A DNA stretch of 47,221 nucleotides from Ministeria vibrans ATCC 50519. Taxonomy: Eukaryota > Protista > Filasterea. The stretch is taken from assembly GCA_943704425.1 (NCBI GenBank), contig CALSCP010000597.1:1-47221 (forward strand). The letters are read 5' to 3'. Below, piece after piece: positions 37,801 through 47,221 of the stretch. The position numbers were made by a program, and so were the translations under genes. Below the pieces are notes generated by a model, which had not been told where the DNA came from, did no database searches, and saw nothing but the letters and a program-made list of their open reading frames with translations. Positions within the stretch are counted from its first letter, which is position 1. Each line of letters opens with the position of its first letter.

Positions 37801-40800
37801 CACTTCTGTTTTGCAGCAAGCAAATCGTGTTGAATCAGTTCTTCTCGACGCTTGTGACGCTTCTCGATGAGATCGCCCAAGAGCCCACGTACACACTTCT
37901 CATGCTCTCCAAGCAAGGTACTCAACGACTCAACAGTCTTCTTGAAAGCGTTGCAGCGAACAAGCTGCTGCTGGAGGCTACTCGCAACCCTTTGGGCGAC
38001 ACTGGAGAACATCGTGGACTCGAATTTTGCCAGAGACTCCATCAAGAGAGGCAATTTCTCCTCCAAAACACTCACAGGCGCTTGCAGTGTCTCCAACGCA
38101 AAGCCAGAGTGCTGCTTGAAAAGAAGCAGCAGTTCAGAGACGTCAAACTCGTGCGGCGACAAACTGTGCAGGCCACACAAGAGATGTGCCATGTCGGGAA
38201 CGCCGGATACAACAAGGTCGGCAGTTGCCCACGCACGCCCAAACCAGTCAAGAATGACTGCCTCGGGCAGCTGGTCTTTGAACTTGTTCAAGCGACCGTC
38301 ACTCACCGCCACGCACAACGCTTCGCGCACCTCCTTCAAATTGAGAGTGTCACTGAGGCGAATCTTATCCATGTCGGGATAAAATGCCCCCGTGCTCGGC
38401 ACCTCAACACCAGAGTCGCTTGCATCGCGTGGGTCGCACCAGTACGCCTCGGGACAGTCCATGCGGCTGCCCACAACAACCATACCCTCACGTGGTGCCT
38501 CCGTGAGCTGTTGCCACACTCCGTTCAAATCGCGCACGCGAATGTGCGAGATCTGTTCACATTGGTTGCGGAACCAGCGCGACTGAAGCAGCACCAGCGA
38601 CTCGAGCACACTCTTCGACAGAGTCCCGATGTGACCAACCATCTCACTGAAGGGAGCCCCAAAATTTTGACGCCGGATAGACATGTAAGAGCCCCAGCGA
38701 CGCGTCGCGTCAATAGCACGATCCAGGGCACCCTTTGTGATGGCACACACAAACTCACTTTCAGACGTCAACTGGGCGGGCACAGGCAGTTGGGCGAGAT
38801 CTTTGACAGCACCCAGCCACTCGACGCATTCTTTGATCTCCCGAGGGCTCAGCTTCTGTCGCCAGGCGAGATCTTTTAGTGTGGCCGGGGACTGCTGGCA
38901 GATCACAGTCTCATCGACTGAGAGTACCAAGCTCACGGAACGCACAGCAACTTCGCAAATTTGGTCCATGATGAACGATGGCCGCATCAGATGGTCATTG
39001 AGATTCTGCAGCACGTAATCGACATGTTGTACAACTGCAAAGGGCGACGAGAGATAGCCGTGCGCCAACATGATCATCGTGCGCGACAGTGCCTGACACA
39101 TGGTGGGCAGCTGACTGCGAAGTGAGTAGAAGGCTTGCTCAACAGCATCGTCACGAGTCGGCAAGTGTCCATTGTAGGCATCATTTTCGTGTTGTGCACC
39201 TTTCCACGCATCCAACTTGCGCTCGACAGCAGCGTAAATGTCACCAACGCCACTTCGAGCTTGAAGAAAACGCACGGAGACCTTGATGGACAGCGCCACG
39301 TAGACGTCCAGAGCCTTGATGCAAGCAAACGCAGCCTCCCGGTCAATTTCGACTGGAAGTTTCGCTAACTGGACCTCAAAGCGATCCTTTATCTGATGAA
39401 TCTTGTCGAGACACAGCAGTGCCATCTCGGCAATCTCTTGATGTGTCATGCGCTTGCGCTGGCGCACTGCGGCAAAAACAGACTCCATCGACTCGTAGAG
39501 ACTTCGTCGCATTTTTGTCAGTGCGCGTTGGTCATCGGTCCACGAGGGAATCAAATACAGTTGCTGGACCAGAGACGCGCGTGCATTCCAGCTCTTGGTC
39601 TGGTTCACTAGTGACACAAAACCCACATCAATTAATTGAACGAGCTTTGCAACGCCCATTCGAAGGGCATCGTCGGGTGCGAGTTGTCGACAGCACAGTC
39701 GAAGTCGCTCATGAAGTCGCTCGTGAAGAGAAGTAGCATCCTTCGCAAACACAGCAAGACGTTTGTCGTCTCCAACAGGCCACTGAACAAGATGTTTACG
39801 CACCAGACTCGTGACAAGAAGAAGCGCCTTAGCAAAGGAGTACCGGTGGGTGCCATCCTCGCCGAGTTGCCTGCCATCACTGCCAGCAGCAGCCGTAGCA
39901 GCAGCGACGGTGGCAGCAGCAACAGCCGCATCAATACTACCACAAGGTGCAAGCAATGCAATTCCTTCACGCACTCCTGCCACAACAAAGGTCCACATGT
40001 GGCACACATCATTAACAAAGACGGCGACATTCTCTACTGCGTCTTGAGTGAGTTGCGCACGCTCCTTCGCTTCGCTCTCGCGCGCTCGTTTCAGCTCCAT
40101 CGTGTGTGCCTTCACGTATTGCTGAATGTTGTGTTGTGCTACGGGGTCGGTGGAGCAAGTCGGATTGCCACGCGCCAAGCGCAAAGCTTTCTCGAGGCGA
40201 AGCACTTGGTTGGCTGAGGTAAAATTCATCTCTGAGCTCAGACGGATGGGAGACTTGTCGAGCACATGGAGGTCGCGCAGCTCACCGATGTGATGCTGGA
40301 GGCGGCTCGCCAGCTCGCGTACCGTTGCAAGCAGTGATAGTGACAGTCCAATGCTAGCAGGAAGCAAATCGGACAAATCGGAGGCAATTGCAGTCACGTC
40401 AGATCGGTCCAGGGCGACGAAAAGAATTTCTGGGAGAGTGCCGACAAGATTGTTGGCCAGACTGTCGCTGATTCCTTGACCAAACACGGGCAGGCGGCGG
40501 GGCGGCAGGGTACCATCCTGTACAGTGTAGGCAATTTCAGCGACCCCCTCATGCGCGAGTCTAGCGCTTGTGTTGTGAAACGCTGTTCTGTGCGCACTCC
40601 TAAAGGTGCTGAACACTTCGTCGGCGGGAACCTCGCCGCGCTGCAGACTCTTGTTGCATTCTTCCGAGAGCGTCCACAACATTTGCACAACATCCGTGCG
40701 CTCGGGGGCAAGCAGGGCAAACACGTCGCCCATGTCCAGGCTAGGTGGCTCAATGAGGCTCTGCGAAGCGGTGCCTGCGAGCTCAAGACACGAGCGAATC

Positions 40801-43800
40801 TGCAGCGCATGTTGAGCTAGACGACAGCCGTGCGTGTACACATTGTTCAGGACGGGCTGGTGGCTCTCGAGCCACTTGTCTGCGGGGCTACAGATTTGCT
40901 TCAGCTCCTGGTCGTTGCTGAGGTACATGCGCATCTTTTCGTCGGTGAGTGAGTTGAGGCGTGACATCACCTGCTCCTCGGCACAGGTCTCCTTCAGACG
41001 CATCTGACTCATCTTCTCACCGAGGTGCTGCTCGACAGCAAGCGCGACCTTGTCTGACAGAAGCATCCCCAGCGAGTGCATTTCATCAACCGTGTTCTTC
41101 GCCAACTCTGCACTGGTGCAGCTCAGCAGACGTGTGCAGAGAGCGGACAAGTCACGCCAGAGCTCGCGATTCACACGAGAGCGCAACAACCCACCGAGGA
41201 GGTGGGTACCGCTCAAATCGTGTGACAAAAGCGTCCGGCTCCAGTCACTGCCCGAGCGAACACAATGACTCATCTGATACATCTCATCGAGGCGCACTTG
41301 TAGCGCCTGAAAGTGTTCGTCGGCAAGATCACGTTTCGTTTCGCCATAACGCGCACTAGCAATGCCACCCACTCTAAAATGCGCTGGATCAAACACAGTT
41401 GCATTTTGAATGAGACGCGATGTGGCAAGAAGCGCGCTGTAGGGGACTTGCTGGTTTTGTTCCTGCGCAAACGCATTCAGTTTGGAAGCAATAAAATCGG
41501 GAAGAGCGTGGAAGGCCCGGACCTCCGAATCGAGAAGCAAGGCAAGACCCGACCCTTCCTGCAATGGAGACTGGGCAGAAGTCTCGTCGATCAACAGGGA
41601 GATGGCAGTGATCTTGCGGCGAATAAGAATCTTCAGCTGCATTGGTGGAGGCACCATACCACTCGCCTTCTCCGACAATTCCTTCAGGCGTGTGCAAACG
41701 TCGCGCAGGCCTTGGCTCCTTTGCTCGAGAGTCACAGAGCGACGTGCAATATCAGTGAACGGCTTTCGCTGCACGCTAGTACTTGGCTTTCGCCCTGGAG
41801 TAAGCACGTCCAACACGTCGACAAACACTTCGCCACTTCGACTGAGACTCTGACACTCTTCAAACAGCGGCGAGAGTGACAACAGCGCACTGCTAAGCTT
41901 GTGGTGGTCCATCGCCTCTTGAGACATCCCCACCTGACTTGCAACATCATTGATGCGCGCCTGCCAGTCGGCAAGCCACTCCTTTGAACGATTGAGAATC
42001 AGCTCAATTGTCAAACCGTCGCTGAAAAAAGTCTCGTCAAGCAGCGCAATCCGCAGCCCGCGAAGCATCGAGCAGGCGGACACCGACACATCCAAACAGT
42101 CCATCGTGCCTCTCTTTTTTGCCTGCACCGCGCGGAAGTACACTTGTTGCAGTGTTTGCGCAAGTGTCCACATGACTTCAACACACGAATGGTACAGCTC
42201 ATGCCGTTTGAGACGACCAAACTCGTCGTCAAAGTTCTTGAGGCGCGTCACAATTTTGGACAAGATGGGAAGAGTTGGGTACTTCTTCTTGAGGTTGGTC
42301 ACCGAAGCGTACAGCTTTGCATTGTAGGGCGTTCCATGCATGCTCTCCGGCATAATATCCCGCAAGGCATGATCGCGGAGTCGCTGTACCTCGGTCAAAG
42401 CAGCCGGGGACAGTTCGTTGGAGAGCAAGTCAATTTCCTGCGTAAAGGACGAGCAGTGTTGTTGCAGCTGTGTGACACTCCAGCCAGACACGTTCAGCAG
42501 TTTGTCATACACATGTTCGGTCGACAAAATCTTGCGCTGGATGGTCGCGCTAAAATGGTCAGTGGCCATGCGTGATGACTCACGTGGAGACATGCTCAGT
42601 GCACCATCGCGAAGTGTCGTCACTAAGCGCGTGACCCTTGCAGGATTGAGGGTGTTGGAGAGCAAGCGAAGAGCCGCAGTGGCAATAGGCGGGCACGCCA
42701 AGCCGCCCATTGCAGCAACGGGCGCGTCCACTGCAACCTCGAACACACTGCTGTTAAGCACAACTTGAACATCCAGCAGGAGAGACAACTGGCTGGCAAA
42801 TTTGGTGGACCAGGAGTCGCGCGTGGCCGAGGATTCGATTGGAATGTGATGTGTGATTTGGAGGGCAACGCTCCCACGGGAGGTGGTTGCCTCGAGAAAG
42901 AACACAGAGAGCCCAGCATTCTGGGGCGCCAGACGATCATGTAAAATCACCACATTGAAAGGGTGATGGTCGCCGTGGCTAGCGCGCTGGAGTAAGATGT
43001 TGAGGTGCTCGTGCAAGAAGACAGCAAAGCCCTTCTCTTTCGTTCCTGTGGTAGTGACATGAACGGACGTTGGCTGCCTGGCAGCGGACGGGACTGCAAA
43101 GAGAGCGCCTACGGCAAACCAAAGTACAGGTGAAGAGGCGTCCTGAAGCAGCGCTGAGTAAGCAGACGCGGACACATTCACGGCGTCAATGTTGCCTCGC
43201 GCACCCTTCAATCCTTCCACGAGCGAGATCAACTCATTCAACTCCACCGTGTTACATTGCTGGCGCAGCAGACGAAAACTGTCTCTGGACCCAAGCTCGT
43301 CAATCACAGAGAAGTTGGTTTTCCAACTGAGCTGCAGCGCAGCCGACTCCTCAGCATAAACTAGGTCATCGTCGTTTTTACTTTCTGCATCCCGCTTCCG
43401 GCAAATTTCAAGTACACTCTGGCGGAGTTTGCCCAGGTGAAAATTCATTTCAGTGACGAGTGCCACGATGGACCTGCGTGCTGCGGTGTCACTCTCAGCG
43501 GTCAGTTGACCCAATCGTTTTGCCGTGTCAAAGCGCGCAAGCTCATTGTCGAGTAAGTCCATCACGGTCACCAGCTGAGCTTGCAGGGATTCCATACTGC
43601 TGTTCAACGGTCTCTGTAAAAAGTTCATCGCGCTGGTCCAAACCCGGATTGCTTTCTCGTCCACATGCTGAACAATCGTTCTGTTGTCGGTGCGCAAGGC
43701 AGACCAGCGGTGAAGCAATTCAGTCGATCGTAGTTCCACCTGGTGAAGCTGTTCCTCCGACTGGGACGCCTGCACTCGCAGCTGTTGTACGTTGGTCGTC

Positions 43801-46800
43801 CTCGCTTGCAGGCGTATCGAGAGATCCTTCAGATCCACCAACACTTGTTTAGAAGATTGGAGGGTGCCCTGCAGCGTCTTCATTGCATCGTCAAGGGCAT
43901 CCAGCAAACAAAGATTGCGCACGTTCTCGATGGTGGGAACCACAGTGGTGGAGGTCTTGTCGACGGGCGGGAACATGATGTTCTCGGGTGTAGCCAGTGC
44001 GAGCTCCCAAAGCACCTGCTTCCACTCGAGTGTGCCCGCAAACGCCGACAGGGCTTCCACCACAGGCGTGCTCTTGATTTGGCGCAGAAGCACGAGCGCA
44101 ACGGAGCGGCGCGAGTTGGCCGACTCGAGCATGGGACGCTGAAGCTCACGCGAAAACGCAATCGTAGCGCTACGTTCGCCAGCGTTGCTCACCTCTCTGA
44201 CGTACGCCTCGTGGTCTTCCACAACGGTGCGATGTGTAAGTGTGGAGAGATGGTCTTTGACGGAGCAGGTGCAAACCACAATGCGAAGCGCGTTGGTGAG
44301 CCTCGTCATGGCGTCACGAAACTGAGACGGCGTACGCGAAGTGCTGTCGCGCTCAAGCAACGGAGAGTGATTCATCGCGGCAAACAGCTGCGATGCGGAC
44401 ACCTCGACTCGCTTGACGCAATTGAGGCGTTCAGCTGCGTCAAAGAAGGATGCTTGACGCGCAAACGTGAGAAGAGTCTCGCGAACATACGCTGCAGCAT
44501 CCAGCACCTCGGCAGTGGCCATCATCAAACGATCCGCAGTAGCTAGCTCGTTGCTACGCGCTGAATCATCAGCCAGTCCCATGCTATGCACGCACTGAAT
44601 CACCTCATTGGCTGACTTGAGAGTCTGCATTGCCTTGCCCTCGTCTGGCAGCAGCTGTCGCACACATTGATAGACTCGATGGGCGAGTCCCAGAGCTTCG
44701 GCGGCTGGACACACCAAGAGCAGGCGAGCAATGGCGTGGAGGGCCGTCTGCTCCAAAGCAACGCACGCTGGTCGCAGCTTGTCGCTCCACTGGATGCTCC
44801 ACTCGGGCTCTGTGTCGTGATGCAAAATGGGAAGCAGCTTGGCGCTGGCGGGCACTTTTTCAGCGGAAAGCACCTCAGAGAGAGCGCGATAGATGCAAAA
44901 CTGGTCGTCGGGATTGTTCAGAGCGGCCGTGTAGCAGCGGAGCAGCACAACGAGCATGGCGGGCTCCGGAAGCGAACGTGATGGACCACGAATCAAGTGG
45001 TAAGCCATTTCGCAGACGCGCATCAGGGAGCGCGCAGTCACGCCAAAGTTGGCCATGGGTGTAATCTTGTGTTCGGCAACAAGCTGCTTGACGATGGCGT
45101 GGGTGCGCAAGCACACATTCACAAGAAACTCGCCACCGTACAGACCACCAAACGAACCATGGAGGACCAGCGCCAAATCGTGCTGCGGAGCTTGTTTGCG
45201 GTCAACAAGACCCGCATCCAGTGGCAAAACATTGAGACGGATCACACGATTGACCATGGCACCTGACAGCTTGTTCGCGTGCACTCGACCGACATTGGAG
45301 GTGCAGAAGAGGCGAAAGTTGTCGTGAATACCACCGTTGGCACGCGACAAACTGCTGCCCTTGCTGTGCTCGTACAAGTTAAGCACCGGATCGGCCTCGA
45401 ACAGCGAGTTGAGACGTTCGAGCACTTCTGATGGCGCTGACGAAACGCTGTCCAGAAGGACCCACTTGCCGTCGCGCACCGCCCGCACAAACTCACTCTC
45501 GACAAACTTGAACACAATCTCGCCTTTGCCTCTGGACTTGCTCGCTCGCTCACTCGCCTTGAGCAGACTATCACGATGGCGCTCAATGTTCTGCTGGTGT
45601 CGCCGTGCAACGTGCGCCAGTATAGGATTCGACTGTACTTGCAGACATGCCCTGATGACATTCTCAAGAGCATTCGTGAGCGCAGCCGCCGCCTCATCGC
45701 GCTTGCGCGGCAAAGTCAAAACGTCGGCGTTGGGGAGGGCATTTTCTTTAGAGCAGGCGACAAAGAAATCTCGCTCGCAGTTGTGCACATCAACAACGAG
45801 GGTGAGGAGGGGTCGGCGATCACACACACTGACAGTGGTCGCAAACTGTACCACAACAAATTCCACAATCGCCTTGCACAGTGTTGTAGTGCGCGCCAGG
45901 CACAGCTCGTCGTGGGAGCTGTGCGACAGGGACGGCAGCCACTGTCCGATGAGGTCGCTCACTTCGCTCTCGTTGTTCAGCGACAGCATGAACACTTCAC
46001 GACGAGCAAGGCGAGCCAGTTCAAGCACAAGTGCGGTCTTGGCTGACGCGGTAGCGCCCTCGAGAAGAACAGGGCGTCGCGACTCACATGCGGCCGCCAG
46101 CATCTCAAGCGTGCTCACTGTACGCGGCGTGTGCACCAATGACTTGACAGTGTCATCGTGAAGGTGCGCCCGATCACCACGACTAAGGTAGATGGAACCA
46201 ATGCGAACCACGTCGTCGCCGCTCTGGTCGATGGACGAAGATTTGGGTAAGCAGCGTTCAAGCTCGGACGAAATGGGCAACTTGGCACGAACAATGTCAG
46301 CGACAATCGCCTGGTCCTTCTCGCTCATAAAGCTCCGCGAGTACACAAGCATTGCAGCCGCCTGAAGCGCAATGCGACGCACCTGACTGCTGCCTGGGTC
46401 TCCGTCGTCCTTGGGTACCAGAGCCTCAGCCTCCATCGTGACCTGCTCGGTAAGGTGGTCGATCGCGTCGACATCGTCCAATGGACCTTCTTCGTCTGCC
46501 ATTTTCTCTCCCGCACCACCCGTTGGCCGCACTTCTTTATCTTTTTCTTTCTCCTCCTCTGTTGGTACTTCTTCGGCGGACCGAGTGAGCATCTCGGCGA
46601 AATGCTCATTGTGGGTGAGCTGGTCCTTGGCCGTGTAGCGAATGAGGTCCTTCATCTTTCCCAGGTCACGCAGATTGAGGTCGTAGGGACCGCCAATGCG
46701 GCCCACATCGCGACGACTGACGGCTTCACCGACGGCACGCTGGAGCTCAAAAATCCGGCTCAGGTCGTCGTCGTCGACCACAACGGAGGAGGACGTCGCA

Positions 46801-47099
46801 AGAATGCCTTCAAACTGCTTGCGCACGACCAACTCCATCTCCTTTCGGTTGTACGCGCCCAGCTGAATGCGGGTGAACATGGTGCGAATGGAGCGAGGCA
46901 GTTGCCCACGACCACCGCCCGTCGACGTGGGGTTCATCGTCGCGACAATGGTCACAGCTCGCGGAATCTCCAGCTCACCATAGCCGGGCAGTGGGATTTT
47001 GCCCACGGCACGTGCATCGCGATCAAGAAGCGGTAGAATGCCGTCGAGAACTTCGTTCGGGGCGAGATTCAGCTCGTCAAATAGCAGCCATTTACCATC
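28868..47099 (-). CDS. Giant midasin-like AAA+ / Ig-like / vWA protein; one internal 18,232-nt exon; both ends of the gene lie outside this exon
   Basis: CAG acceptor at 47102-47100 and GTAAG donor at 28867. Midasin/MoxR-clade motifs GKWLLFDELN, ATMNP..GGGRGQLPRS, LLEGATASAKT, SDLIGQW, GKWVLLDSV..EVLERLNSLFE and HDNFRLF. Five Ig-like units; vWA motif CVDNSGTM near the end. Confidence 0.9.
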
Positions 47100-47118
47100 C
47101 TGTAACGAACGTGTCGAA

Positions 47119-47211
<93 letters not shown>
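47119..47211. repeat. (ATT)n microsatellite, intronic
   Basis: Directly visible. Confidence 0.97.
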
Positions 47212-47221
47212 TTTACTTTTT

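Noticed and set aside
28902-47036. Many + strand ORFs (up to 484 aa) opposite the giant gene
   Set aside because: Antisense shadows of a GC-rich coding strand with no motifs.

Overview
This is eukaryotic (protist-like) genomic DNA with short GT-AG introns, many microsatellites and one 200-N gap. The taxon cannot be fixed from sequence alone. Recognisable genes are NOB1, an XPG/RAD2 (ERCC5) nuclease, CDC123 and an intron-containing histone H3 variant (K115H, V31/A32). Less familiar genes are a probable C1orf52-like gene, a multi-exon secreted protein of bacterial type, a secreted EGF + multi-FG-GAP protein, several orphans, and an SGRG/SPAR-repeat basic protein with a spliced C-terminal membrane anchor directly upstream of H3. 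A giant single exon of 18.2 kb (>6000 aa, gene continues upstream) encodes a midasin-like AAA+ protein with Ig-like (ASH-type) domains, a proline-rich/WH2-like segment and a C-terminal vWA domain. The 6.2-10.5 kb interval is a repeat island with co-oriented poly(A)-tailed retroposon ends, several flanked by target-site duplications. All family assignments come from motif recognition by eye; no searches were run.
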